Source of the DNA: Casimicrobiaceae bacterium
GTDB lineage: Bacteria; Pseudomonadota; Gammaproteobacteria; Burkholderiales; Casimicrobiaceae
NCBI GenBank assembly: GCA_035475895.1
Contig: DATILY010000019.1
Coordinates: 4,722 to 68,721 of the forward strand
Length of the DNA: 64,000 bases
Reading direction: 5' to 3'
Every line of letters starts with the position of its first letter. The first letter of the stretch is position 1. Positions 17,207 to 26,963 of the stretch are shown here, piece by piece. The position numbers and the translations under genes are program-made. Under the pieces are notes generated by a model. It saw only the letters and a list, made by a program, of their open reading frames with translations, made no database searches and had not been told where the DNA came from.

Positions 17207-17644
17207 ATGCGCCGCTACAATCGCGCACGGCAGGCCGATCACGTGAAGCTACGCACCCAGCTCTTCTTGCTCGTTTCGGGCACGGTCATACCGCTGCTCG
17301 CGCTCGCGGCCGTGCTCGCCTACATCCTGCTCCAGCACGAGAGCGAGACGTTTCGCGACGGCGCGCGCGACCGCAACCGCGCGTTCATGTCGGCTGTCGA
17401 CGCGGAGCTGCGCGGCCATATCAAGACGCTCGAGGCGCTGGCGACCTCCGACGAGCTCGAGCGCAACGATTTGCAGTCGTTCTACGCGGAAGCGACCCGC
17501 GTGCTCGCGGCGCAGCCAGGCTGGTCGCAGGTCATCCTGTCCGACGGCGAGGGCCGGCAGCTGGCCAACACGCGCTTGCCGTTCGGGTCGCGCCGGGTGC
17601 TTGCGACCCTTCATGCGCCGAGCCCGTCGTTCGCGGATCGCTGA
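17207..17644 (+). pseudogene. Truncated N-terminus of a Cache-domain sensor kinase/cyclase
   Basis: KLRTQLFLLVSGTVIPLLALAAVLA TM, then ...LEALATS...WSQVILSDGEGRQLANTRLPFG (Cache start); stops without second TM or output domain. Confidence 0.6.
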
Positions 17645-17666
17645 AGGTATCCGGGAGGAAACGCAC

Positions 17667-19616
17667 ATGCAGCAGGTGAACGGGAGCGTCTTGCCATCTC
17701 CGGCGTCGCGCATCCGTCAGACGATCCGGGTCGCGCTCACGCGCGTGCTCGCGGCCGCGGGCGCCCTGCTGGCTGCCGCGTACGCCCACGGACAAACGGT
17801 GCACGACCTCGCCGGCCTGTCCATCGAGGAGCTCGCCCAAGTCGAGGTGACGTCGGTGTCGCGCCGCCCCGAGTCGCTGAGCCGCTCGACCGCGTCGATC
17901 TACGTGATCACCGCCGAGGATATCCGTCGCTCGGGTGCCGCGAGCCTTCCCGAAGCGCTGCGCCTCGCGCCCAACCTCGAAGTGGCGCGCTACAGCTCCC
18001 AGGGCTACACGATCTCGGCGCGCGGGTTCAACTCCATCAACGCAGCCAACAAGCTGCTGGTGCTCATCGACGGCCGCAGCATCTTCACGCCGTTCTTCAA
18101 CAGCGTGTTCTGGGATCAGCAGGACGTGATGGTGGCGGACATCGAGCGCATCGAGGTCATCAGCGGTCCCGGCGGCACGCTGTGGGGCGCCAACGCGGTG
18201 AACGGCGTCATCAACGTCATCACGCGCGCGAGCAGCGAGACCCAGGGCGGCCTGGTGGTTGCGAAGGCCGGCGATTTCGTGCAGCGCGGCGCGGTGCGCT
18301 ATGGCGGACGTGCCGGCGACGACGCAACCTATCGCGCCTACGCGCTCGGCTTTTCGCAAGGCCACACCGACCTCGCCGACGGAACGAATGCGCACGACGA
18401 CTGGCACGCCCGCCAGGCGGGCTTTCGCGCCGATCTTCGCGCGCTCGGCGGTGCCGTGACGCTCCAGGGCGACGCGTTCGAGAACCGCATCGACGATCCT
18501 TCCGGGCGGCGCAGCGGCAGCAACGTGCTGGCCCGCTGGACGCGCGCGTTGAGCGAGCGCTCGTCGCTCGACCTGCAGGCGTACTACGACCAGCAGAATC
18601 GCAGCGATACCGCAGGCGCCGGGCAGCCGGGCATTGCGACCGAGCAAGTACGCACGTTCGATTTCCAGGCGGAGCAGACCTTCACGGCCGGGGCGCATCG
18701 TGCCGTGTGGGGCTTCGGCCACCGCAGCTGGCGGGACGAGTTCGTCAATACGCTGAACGGATTCGTCCTCGATCCGCGCAGCCAGTCGGTGAGCCTGACC
18801 AACCTGTACGCACAGGACATCATGGCCGTGGGCGCCGACGTCACGCTCACGGGCGGCCTCAAGCTCGAGTACAGCAGCTTCAGCGGCTGGGACGTGATGC
18901 CGAGCGTGCGCGCAGGCTGGCAGGCGACGCCGAAGAGCTTCGTGTGGGCGGCCGTGTCGCGCGCCGTGCGCCCGCCCTCGCGCGTCGAGCGCGACCTGAC
19001 CTTTCCCGGCCTGTTCGACACCTCGCCCGATTTCGAGACCGAGAAGCTGATCGCGTACGAAGCGGGCTGGCGCGCGCAGCTGCTGCCGCAGGCCACCGCG
19101 TCGGTCTCGGTCTTCTACAACCGCTACACCGACCTGCGCACCACTTCGCTCGGTCCCGGCGACTTTCCCGGACACTTCCGCAACGGGCTCGAGGGTCACA
19201 CGGTCGGCCTCGAAGCATGGGGCAGCTATACGGTGCTGCCATGGTGGCGCCTCAATCCTGGCGTCACCTTGCTGCACAAGGCGTTCCATCTCAAGCCGGG
19301 CGCCATCGACGCGGCGGGACCGCAGACGGTACTGGGACACGATCCTGCCAATCAATGGTTCCTCCGCTCGTACATGGACCTGCCGCACAACACCGAGCTG
19401 TACGCCGCGGTGCGTCGCGTAGCCGCGCTCGGCGACATCGGCGTGCCGGGTTATGTCGAGGCCGACCTGCGTTTCGCGTGGCACGTGCGGCCCGACCTCG
19501 AGGTCGCGCTCACCGGCCAGAACCTCGTGCACGCGCGCCACGCCGAGGCCAGCCAGCCGCCGATCCACGAGATTCCGCGCAACATGTATCTCGAAGCCCG
19601 CTGGAGCTTCCGCTAG
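17667..19616 (+). CDS. TonB-dependent outer-membrane receptor
   Basis: Signal peptide; LSIEELAQVEVTSVSRR, plug ITAEDIRRSGAASLPEALR, NKLLVLIDGRS, IERIEVISGPGGTLWGANAVNGVINVIT; C-terminal YLEARWSF; RBS GGAGG. Confidence 0.93.
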   Translation: MQQVNGSVLPSPASRIRQTIRVALTRVLAAAGALLAAAYAHGQTVHDLAGLSIEELAQVEVTSVSRRPESLSRSTASIYVITAEDIRRSGAASLPEALRLAPNLEVARYSSQGYTISARGFNSINAANKLLVLIDGRSIFTPFFNSVFWDQQDVMVADIERIEVISGPGGTLWGANAVNGVINVITRASSETQGGLVVAKAGDFVQRGAVRYGGRAGDDATYRAYALGFSQGHTDLADGTNAHDDWHARQAGFRADLRALGGAVTLQGDAFENRIDDPSGRRSGSNVLARWTRALSERSSLDLQAYYDQQNRSDTAGAGQPGIATEQVRTFDFQAEQTFTAGAHRAVWGFGHRSWRDEFVNTLNGFVLDPRSQSVSLTNLYAQDIMAVGADVTLTGGLKLEYSSFSGWDVMPSVRAGWQATPKSFVWAAVSRAVRPPSRVERDLTFPGLFDTSPDFETEKLIAYEAGWRAQLLPQATASVSVFYNRYTDLRTTSLGPGDFPGHFRNGLEGHTVGLEAWGSYTVLPWWRLNPGVTLLHKAFHLKPGAIDAAGPQTVLGHDPANQWFLRSYMDLPHNTELYAAVRRVAALGDIGVPGYVEADLRFAWHVRPDLEVALTGQNLVHARHAEASQPPIHEIPRNMYLEARWSFR

Positions 19617-20173
19617 TGCACGCGACCCGCCGCCCGCGCGCGGCGATCACGTGGAGCTTCGTGGTGGCGTTTGCCGCAGCGGTGAGCGCGCTCGGCACGT
19701 CCGCGCAGGATCGCGCGGTCGAATACGCCGTGAAGGCCACCTTCCTCTACAAGTTCGCGGCCTTCGTCGAATGGCCGGCGGGTGCGTTCACGTCGGCTGC
19801 GGATCCGCTCGTGATCTGCGTGGCGGGCAACGACGGGGTCACGGCGCTCGTCGACGACGCCGCGCTCGGTCAGACGGTCGACGGGCATGCGCTCGTCGTG
19901 ACGCATCTTGCGCCGGGGGCGCGCATGCCGCGCTGCCATATCCTCTATGTGGCGGAGACAGCGCGTCCCGCCATGGCGGCGCTCGTCGACAGCGTGGCTG
20001 GAGCGCCGGTCCTCACCGTCGTCGACGGATCCGCCGCGGCGGGCTCGGCCGTGATCAACTTCGTCCTGCAGGGCAATCGCGTGCGTTTCGACATCGACCT
20101 CAAGGCGGCGCAGCGCAACCGGCTGGCCGTCAGCTCCAAGCTGCTGGCGCTCGCCGCCGCGGTGCGGCAATAG
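19616..20173 (+). CDS. YfiR family (DUF4154) periplasmic protein
   Basis: EYAVKATFLYKFAAFVEWP, CHILYV, INFVLQGNRVRFDIDL, SSKLLALA; GTG start overlapping the upstream TAG. Confidence 0.88.
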   Translation: MHATRRPRAAITWSFVVAFAAAVSALGTSAQDRAVEYAVKATFLYKFAAFVEWPAGAFTSAADPLVICVAGNDGVTALVDDAALGQTVDGHALVVTHLAPGARMPRCHILYVAETARPAMAALVDSVAGAPVLTVVDGSAAAGSAVINFVLQGNRVRFDIDLKAAQRNRLAVSSKLLALAAAVRQ

Positions 20174-20174
20174 C

Positions 20175-21974
20175 ATGGACGGCGCGCCCACGCTGCCCGC
20201 GCGCACGCGCACCCGCCGCGGCTTGCGGCCGACCTTCACCACGGCGGTCGCAGCGCTGGGCGTCACCCTGCTCGTCATCGCGGGCATCGTCATGGTCGCG
20301 TACAACGAGCGCGCGTACCGCGAAGGCAAGGTGCAACAGGCCGACGCGCAGGCGCGCATCCTGGCATCGACCGTCGCCGCCGCGCTGGTCTTCGACGATC
20401 GCGAGGCGGCGCGCGAATACGTCAACGCGCTCGCCGTCGACGACGCGATCCAGGTGGCCGCCGTGTACGACGCGCGCGGCAGCCTGTTCGCCAGCTACAC
20501 GCGCGCCGGCCACGTCGCGCCGGCAGGCGTGCACGACAGCGCCGCGGCGTTCGGCGACGACCAGCTCGCGGTCACCATCCCCGTCGTGCAGGGAACGCGC
20601 ATCGGCACGGTCTATCTGCAGACGCTCGTGGCACCGCTCGTGCGACGGCTGGAGCGGTACGGCGCCATCACGCTGCTCGTGCTGATGGCGGCGCTGCTGT
20701 TCGTATTGCTGGGCGCATCGCAGCGGCGCCTTGCCACGGCGAACGACCGGCTCGAGCGCCAGGGCGAGGATCTCGCGACGACCAACGAGCGGCTGCGCGC
20801 GCAGATCGCGCAGCGCGAGGAAGCCGAGATGGCGTTGCGCCAGGCGCAGAAGATGGAAGCGATCGGGCAGCTCACCGGCGGCATCGCGCACGACTTCAAC
20901 AACCTGCTCCAGGTAATCCTCGGCAACCTCCAGGCGCTGCAGCGCAGGCGCATCGAGGACGGCGACGAGACGCGGCGGATGATCCTGGCCGCCACGCGCG
21001 GCGCCGAGCGCGCGGCCAGCCTCACGCAGCGCCTTCTGGCGTTCTCGCGCCGCCAGCCGCTCAATCCACGCCCGCTCGACATCAATCGCCTCGTCACGAG
21101 CATGTCGGAGCTCCTGCACCGCACGCTCGGCGAAGCGGTGCGCATCGAGACCGTGCTGGCGAGCGACGTGTGGCGCGTCGACGCGGACGCCAACCAGCTG
21201 GAGAACGCCCTCCTCAACCTGGCGGTCAACGCGCGCGACGCCATGCCGCGCGGCGGCAAGCTGACCATCGAGACCGCGAACGCCAGCCTGGATCAGGCGT
21301 ACGCCGACACGCACGATGCGCGGCCCGGCCAGTACGTGATGCTCGCCGTGAGCGACACGGGGACCGGCATGCCGCGCGAAGTGATCGCCAAGGCGTTCGA
21401 GCCGTTCTTCACCACGAAGGATGCGGGCAAAGGCTCGGGGCTCGGCCTGTCGCAGGTCTACGGCTTCATCCGCCAGTCCGGCGGGCACGCCAGGATCTAC
21501 AGCGAGCCGGGGGACGGCACGACGGTGAAGCTGTACCTGCCGCGCCTCGACGGCGCCGCCGACGGGCACGAGGCAATCACGCAACCCGGTGCGCTGGCGC
21601 ACGCGCCCACGGACCACCATGTGCTGGTGGTCGAGGATGACCATGACGTGCGGGCGCACACCGTGGCGATGCTGCGCGAGCTCGGCTATGCCGTGGTCGA
21701 CGCCGCCGACGGCAACAGCGCGCTTCAGGCGCTCGACGCTCGTCCGGCGATCGGGCTGCTGTTCACGGATGTCGGCCTGCCGGGCGGAATGAACGGACGC
21801 CAGCTCGCGGACGAAGCGCGGCGCCGCCGCCCCGACTTGCGCGTGCTGTTCACGACCGGGTATGCGCGCAACGCGATCGTCCACCAGGGGCGCCTCGACC
21901 CGGGCGTCGAGCTCATCACCAAGCCGTTCACGTACGACGAGCTCGCCGCGAAGCTGCACGCGATGCTGCGCTAG
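20175..21974 (+). CDS. Hybrid sensor histidine kinase/receiver with YfiN-type (CHASE8-like) sensor
   Basis: LASTVAAALVFDDREAARE periplasmic domain between two TMs; GGIAHDFNNLL H-box, NLAVNARDAM, FFTTK..GSGLGL, C-terminal receiver LLFTDVGLPG. Confidence 0.9.
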   Translation: MDGAPTLPARTRTRRGLRPTFTTAVAALGVTLLVIAGIVMVAYNERAYREGKVQQADAQARILASTVAAALVFDDREAAREYVNALAVDDAIQVAAVYDARGSLFASYTRAGHVAPAGVHDSAAAFGDDQLAVTIPVVQGTRIGTVYLQTLVAPLVRRLERYGAITLLVLMAALLFVLLGASQRRLATANDRLERQGEDLATTNERLRAQIAQREEAEMALRQAQKMEAIGQLTGGIAHDFNNLLQVILGNLQALQRRRIEDGDETRRMILAATRGAERAASLTQRLLAFSRRQPLNPRPLDINRLVTSMSELLHRTLGEAVRIETVLASDVWRVDADANQLENALLNLAVNARDAMPRGGKLTIETANASLDQAYADTHDARPGQYVMLAVSDTGTGMPREVIAKAFEPFFTTKDAGKGSGLGLSQVYGFIRQSGGHARIYSEPGDGTTVKLYLPRLDGAADGHEAITQPGALAHAPTDHHVLVVEDDHDVRAHTVAMLRELGYAVVDAADGNSALQALDARPAIGLLFTDVGLPGGMNGRQLADEARRRRPDLRVLFTTGYARNAIVHQGRLDPGVELITKPFTYDELAAKLHAMLR

Positions 21975-21987
21975 ACCGCCCGCCTCC

Positions 21988-22620
21988 ATGCGCCACTGGC
22001 TCTTCCTCGTGCTGCTCGCTGCCAGCGTATGGGGCGCGGGACACTGGTTCCTCTACGAGCGCGCCGTGCATCACGCGCCCGGGCCGCTGGCGCCCGAGGA
22101 GCCGGCGATCGCGCTCGGCTCGCAGCTTCCCCCGTGGACGGACGCGCGCGGCTTTCGTTATGGCGCACTCGGCCGCTTCGCCGGGCGCGTCGTGGTGGTG
22201 TCGCGACGCAACTACGCCATCGGCGAATTTGCGCACCTGGCCCCTACGGACCTGGCCATCGTATGGGGCCCGCTCTCCGATCCGCGCGCATACGCACAAC
22301 TCTCGTTCGACCAGCGCGGATCTCCGTTCAGCGGCCGCTACGTCGCGCCCGAGCTGCGTGCCGGCACGGCGCTGGCACAGCGTCCGTTCGCCGAGACGCA
22401 GGCCTACCTGCTCGCCAACCTCACGCACGTGCACACCATCGCGGCCAGCGACAGCATCGCGTCGCAGCTGGCCGCCATCCGCCCGGGACAGGTGGTGCGC
22501 TTCTCCGGCATCCTGGTCGACGTCACGTCACCGGCAGGCGGCCGCTACACGAGCTCGCTCGCACTGCACGACTATGACTGCGAGATCGCCTGGATCGACG
22601 ACCTCGAGCTGGTGGAATAG
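21988..22620 (+). CDS. Conserved hypothetical membrane-anchored protein
   Basis: N-terminal TM MRHWLFLVLLAASVWGAGHW, APTDLAIVWG motif, coding-like composition. Confidence 0.65.
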   Translation: MRHWLFLVLLAASVWGAGHWFLYERAVHHAPGPLAPEEPAIALGSQLPPWTDARGFRYGALGRFAGRVVVVSRRNYAIGEFAHLAPTDLAIVWGPLSDPRAYAQLSFDQRGSPFSGRYVAPELRAGTALAQRPFAETQAYLLANLTHVHTIAASDSIASQLAAIRPGQVVRFSGILVDVTSPAGGRYTSSLALHDYDCEIAWIDDLELVE

Positions 22621-22711
22621 CTGCTCGGGTCCTGGTGGAGCATGCGCGGCCGCATCGATCCGCGATGAAGCGACGCGCTCTCGCGTCAGGGCGAGCCTCA
22701 TCGCGCCGCGG

Positions 22712-23731
22712 TCACGCTTTGCCTGGCGGCCGCTCCAGCGCTGCAGTCGCGATGCGCCGGGCTGCCGGCTCGGCCTCCGCCACCGTGAGGCCGTAGCGCT
22801 CGCACAGCGCTTCGCGGAAGACGCGGTCGGTCTGCGGCTTGACGAACAGCATCACCACCTCCGGGTGCGCCGCGCGCACCTTGTGCTCCATGCCGAGCAC
22901 CGCCGCCTCCACCTCGTAGGCATGCAGTGTGTCGGCAAACTGCAAGCTCAGGGCGGCGACCACCTGGTCGGGTGCGAGCTGCACGGTGATGAGGCCGTTC
23001 GCGCTGGCCACCCCCGGTTCGCCGGCCGCAATCCGCAGGATGGAATCGGACAGGCGGCGATCGGCGCGCTCGCCGATCAGCAGGCTCTTGCTCTCGCGCG
23101 CCAGCAGGATGGCGATGGCCCCGAGCAACGCGCCGATGAGGATGGAGGCGATGCCGTCGAAGACCGGCCGGCCGAGCGCCGAGGCGGCATACGTGCCGAG
23201 CGCCGCGATCACGATGCCGATCAGCGCCGCGGTATCCTCGAGCAGCACCATGAACGCGGGCGGGTCCTTGCTGCGGTGAAACGCCTCGTAATAGCCGAGC
23301 TCGCCCTTGGCGGCGCTGAACTGGCGCCACGACACCATCCACGAAGCCCCTTCGAATACGAACGCGAGCGCCAGCACCACATAGCTCACCAGCGGGTCGG
23401 CAATCGGCTCCGGATGCAGGACATGCAGCACGCCCTGGTACATCGACACGCCCGCGCCGACGGCAAAGATCAGCACGGCGACGATGAAGCTCCAGAAATA
23501 CAGCTCGCGCCCGTAGCCCAGCGGATGCTGCGGATCCGGTCGCTGCGCCGAGCGCCACATGCCGTACAGCAAGAGCACTTCGTTGCCGGTATCGACGACG
23601 GAATGGACCGCCTCGCTCAGCATGGCCGAGCTGCCGGTCCAGAACGCTGCGACGGCCTTCGTCGCGGCGACCAGCACGTTGCCTGCGAGCGCAGCCCAGA
23701 CAGCGATCTTCGATGAGGAGGCTCGTGGCAT
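22712..23731 (-). CDS. Cation diffusion facilitator family transporter
   Basis: SSAMLSEAVHSVVDTGN, HPLGYGRELYFWS, VLLEDTAAL; six TMs. Confidence 0.9.
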   Translation of the reverse strand: MPRASSSKIAVWAALAGNVLVAATKAVAAFWTGSSAMLSEAVHSVVDTGNEVLLLYGMWRSAQRPDPQHPLGYGRELYFWSFIVAVLIFAVGAGVSMYQGVLHVLHPEPIADPLVSYVVLALAFVFEGASWMVSWRQFSAAKGELGYYEAFHRSKDPPAFMVLLEDTAALIGIVIAALGTYAASALGRPVFDGIASILIGALLGAIAILLARESKSLLIGERADRRLSDSILRIAAGEPGVASANGLITVQLAPDQVVAALSLQFADTLHAYEVEAAVLGMEHKVRAAHPEVVMLFVKPQTDRVFREALCERYGLTVAEAEPAARRIATAALERPPGKA

Positions 23732-24183
23732 CAGCGGGACGCGTCACCCGGCAGGCGACGCAGCGCACGTGTCGTCGCAATGGTACGCCGGCAACCGCCG
23801 CCGGCGCCCCGCGCGTCCCCGCACTTGAGGTCCCGTCCAACCGGGAGTACAATTTCTCGCCTAGAACAACGACATAACAGGGCACAGGCGCGCAGGGCGC
23901 GCCGGCACCACGGGTCCTGATCACTGCATTGCCGCTTGCTGCATTCGTTGCCCCTTGAAGGGCCGGTTTGGCGTGCCTTTTCGCCCGATCGCCAGGCCCG
24001 CGAAGACTGCAATCTCGCAGGGTCACAGCGGCGGCACCAGAGCGCGTGTCGGGCCAACCGGGCGCGCGGTGCAGCACTGCAATGCCATACGTTTCGATTA
24101 CCGACACAGGGGACCGTCGTGCGAGCCACGCTGCCTGGCGCGACGAGGTCTTCCTGCGCCGTTTGCAGCGCGTTGCCTGACCC

Positions 24184-25668
24184 ATGCGGATGCCGATGCC
24201 ACGCGGTCACAAGCTGCTCGTTGCACTGATCGCCTCGACGGCGACCCTGCTGTTCTTCCTCTTCTCGTCCAGCCGCGCGAGCGAGCTCCTCGAGCTGATG
24301 CTCGGTTATTCGTCGACGCGCAGCACGAGCCCGGTGGTCGACCCGTTCCTGATCGACCTCGAGGAGCGCACGTTCCACTTCTTCTGGGACACGGCCAATC
24401 CGAAGAACGGCCTCGTGCCCGACCGCTTTCCCACGCCGTCGTACTCGAGCGTCGCCGCCGTCGGCTTCGCGCTGACCGCCTATCCGGCCGGTGTGGAGCG
24501 CGGCTACGTCACGCGCAAGCAGGCGCGCAAGCGCGTGCTCGCCACGCTGCGCTTCTTCCGCAACGCACCGCAAGGCCACGGCGTCAAGGGGATGACGGGC
24601 TACAAGGGCTTCTACTACCACTTCCTCGACATGAAGACCGGGCAGCGCTTCGAGGACAGCGAGCTGTCGACGGTCGACACCGCGATCTTCCTGGCCGGCG
24701 CGCTGTTCTGCCAGTCGTACTTCGACGGCAACGACGCGGAGGAAGTGGAGATCCGCCGGCTCGCCGACGAGATCTACCGTCGCGTCGACTGGCGCTGGGC
24801 ACAGCCGCGCGCGCCGGCGATCAACCTCGGATGGTCGCCCGAGGAAGGCTTCCTCGAATACGACTGGCGCGGCTACAACGAGGCGATGATGGTGTACCTG
24901 CTCGCGCTCGGATCGCCGACGCACGCGGTGGGTCCCGAGGCGTGGAGCGAGTGGACGAGCACGTATGATACGACCAGCTGGCGCACGCTCTTCGGGCAGG
25001 AATTCCTGAACTTCGCGCCGCTGTTCGGACACCAATACACGCATGTATGGATCGACTTCCGCAAACTGCAGGATGCCTACATGCGGCGGCGGGGCCTGGA
25101 CTACTTCGAGAACACGCGCCGCGCCGTGTACGCGCAGCAGGCCTACGCCATTGCCAACCCGCGCGGCTGCACGGCGTACGGCGCCACCATATGGGGACTC
25201 ACCGCAAGCGACGGCCCGGGCGACATGAAGCTCGGCCACGGCGATTCGGCGCGCATGTTCCGCATGTATGCCGCTCGTGGGGCCGGCGATGCGGGCGCCT
25301 ACGACGACTGCACGCTCGCGCCGACCGCCGTCGTCGGGTCGCTGCCGTTCGCGCCCGAGCTCGCGATCCCCGCGGTGCTGGACATGCACCGGCGCTTCGG
25401 CCAATACATCTACTCGAAGTACGGCTTCCTCGACGCCTTCAATCCGAGCTTCGACTTCCAGGTGCCGGTGCAAAACGGCCGCTCGATTCCCGGCTTCGGC
25501 TGGGTGGACGGCGACTACCTCGGCATCGACCAGGGCGCCATCTTCGCCATGATCGAGAATTACCGCAGCGGCATGATCTGGGACGTGATGCGCAAGAACC
25601 CGTACGTGCGCCGGGGCCTGACGCGCGCGGGCTTCGACGGCGGCTGGCTCACGGCCTCGGCCAACTAG
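24184..25668 (+). CDS. Glucoamylase-family (GH144-like) endo-beta-1,2-glucanase
   Basis: ERTFHFFWD, GLVPDR, SSVAAVGFALTAY, GFYYHFLD, ELSTVDTA, NEAMMVYLLALGSPTH, PLFGHQY, WGLTASDGP, IDQG. Confidence 0.8.
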   Translation: MRMPMPRGHKLLVALIASTATLLFFLFSSSRASELLELMLGYSSTRSTSPVVDPFLIDLEERTFHFFWDTANPKNGLVPDRFPTPSYSSVAAVGFALTAYPAGVERGYVTRKQARKRVLATLRFFRNAPQGHGVKGMTGYKGFYYHFLDMKTGQRFEDSELSTVDTAIFLAGALFCQSYFDGNDAEEVEIRRLADEIYRRVDWRWAQPRAPAINLGWSPEEGFLEYDWRGYNEAMMVYLLALGSPTHAVGPEAWSEWTSTYDTTSWRTLFGQEFLNFAPLFGHQYTHVWIDFRKLQDAYMRRRGLDYFENTRRAVYAQQAYAIANPRGCTAYGATIWGLTASDGPGDMKLGHGDSARMFRMYAARGAGDAGAYDDCTLAPTAVVGSLPFAPELAIPAVLDMHRRFGQYIYSKYGFLDAFNPSFDFQVPVQNGRSIPGFGWVDGDYLGIDQGAIFAMIENYRSGMIWDVMRKNPYVRRGLTRAGFDGGWLTASAN

Positions 25669-25676
25669 ACGGTCCC

Positions 25677-26963
25677 GTGCTGCGCGGCTGGCTGCGTGCC
25701 GGCAGCCGCTGGCTCCTGCTCGCCGCGCTCGTCGGCGCCGTCGCCGGCTGCAGCGCGCGGCACGACGATCCGAACGTCGTCCGGTTCTGGGCGATGGGCC
25801 GCGAAGGCGAGGTCGTCGCAGCGCTCGTGCCCGAGTTCGAGCGTACGCACCCCGGCATTCGCGTCGATGTCCAGCAACTGCCATGGAGCGCGGCGCACGA
25901 AAAGCTCCTCACCGCATTCGCGGGCGGGTCCACGCCCGATCTGTGCCAGCTCGGCAACACGTGGGTGCCCGAGTTCGTCGCGTTGCACGCGCTCGAGCCG
26001 CTCGATGCGAGCGTCGCTGCCTCGTCCACCATCCAGCCGGCCGATTACTTCGGCGGCATCTGGCAGACCAACCGCGTCGACGGCGCGCTGTTCGGCGTGC
26101 CTTGGTACGTCGATACGCGCCTGCTGTTCTACCGCAGCGACCTGCTTGCCGAAGCCGGTTACACGACCCCACCGCGATCGTGGACGGAATGGACCGCGAT
26201 GCTGGACGCCATCAAGCAGCGGCTGCCCGGCCGCTACGGGATCGTCCTGCCCGTCAACGAGTTCGAGCCGCTCGTCGCACTCGCGCTGCAGCAGGACGAT
26301 CCGTTGCTGCGTGACGGCGGGCGTTTCGGCAACTTCCGCAGCGGCGGCTTCGCGCGGGCGCTGCGCTTCTACGCCGGCATGTTCGCCGCCGGGTACGCGC
26401 CCGCGACCCGCGATGCCGACGTCTCCAACATCTGGAACGAATTCGGCCGCGGTCACTTCGTGTTCTACGTCTCCGGGCCCTGGAACATCGGAGAGCTGTC
26501 ACGACGCCTGCCGAAGGACCTGGAGGACAGCTGGGCCACCGCCCCCCTGCCCGGGCCGAGCGGGCCGGGCGCCTCGATTGCCGGCGGCTCGAGCCTCGTG
26601 GTGTTCCATGCCTCGCGAGCCAAGCGCGCTGCATGGCAGCTGCTCGAGTACCTGTCGCAGCCGGACGTGCAACGCCGCTTCCATGCGTTGACCGGCGACC
26701 TGCCGCCGCGGCGCAGCGCGTGGCGCGACGCGCCCCTGGCCGACGACGTGCATGCGCGCGCGTTCCGCGAGCAGCTGGAGCGCGTGGAAGCGACGCCGCG
26801 CGTGCCCGAGTGGGAACGCATCGCCAACGAAATCCGCCTCGTCGCCGAGCGCGTCGTGCACGGCGAGCTGACCATCGAGCAGGCGCAGCAGGCGCTCGAC
26901 GCGCGCACCGACCGCATCCTCGAGAAGCGCCGCGCCGTGCTGGCGCGCGCGAGCGCGCCTTGA
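25677..26963 (+). CDS. Sugar ABC transporter substrate-binding lipoprotein
   Basis: Lipobox AVAGC, FWAMGREG, HEKLLTAFAGG, PWYVDTRLLFYR; GTG start. Confidence 0.9.
   Translation: MLRGWLRAGSRWLLLAALVGAVAGCSARHDDPNVVRFWAMGREGEVVAALVPEFERTHPGIRVDVQQLPWSAAHEKLLTAFAGGSTPDLCQLGNTWVPEFVALHALEPLDASVAASSTIQPADYFGGIWQTNRVDGALFGVPWYVDTRLLFYRSDLLAEAGYTTPPRSWTEWTAMLDAIKQRLPGRYGIVLPVNEFEPLVALALQQDDPLLRDGGRFGNFRSGGFARALRFYAGMFAAGYAPATRDADVSNIWNEFGRGHFVFYVSGPWNIGELSRRLPKDLEDSWATAPLPGPSGPGASIAGGSSLVVFHASRAKRAAWQLLEYLSQPDVQRRFHALTGDLPPRRSAWRDAPLADDVHARAFREQLERVEATPRVPEWERIANEIRLVAERVVHGELTIEQAQQALDARTDRILEKRRAVLARASAP

Noticed and set aside
23732-24183. 450-nt intergenic region as riboswitch or small ORF
   Set aside because: No recognisable riboswitch consensus, and the short ORFs lack RBS and coding character; likely divergent promoters.
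23731-25884. 717-aa minus-strand ORF (and similar long ORFs such as 29454-32060, 1892-4051, 4738-6582, 8600-10663, 47015-49216)
   Set aside because: Antisense or alternate-frame shadows of clear genes; Arg/Ala/Pro-rich with no motifs, as expected from high-GC codon bias.
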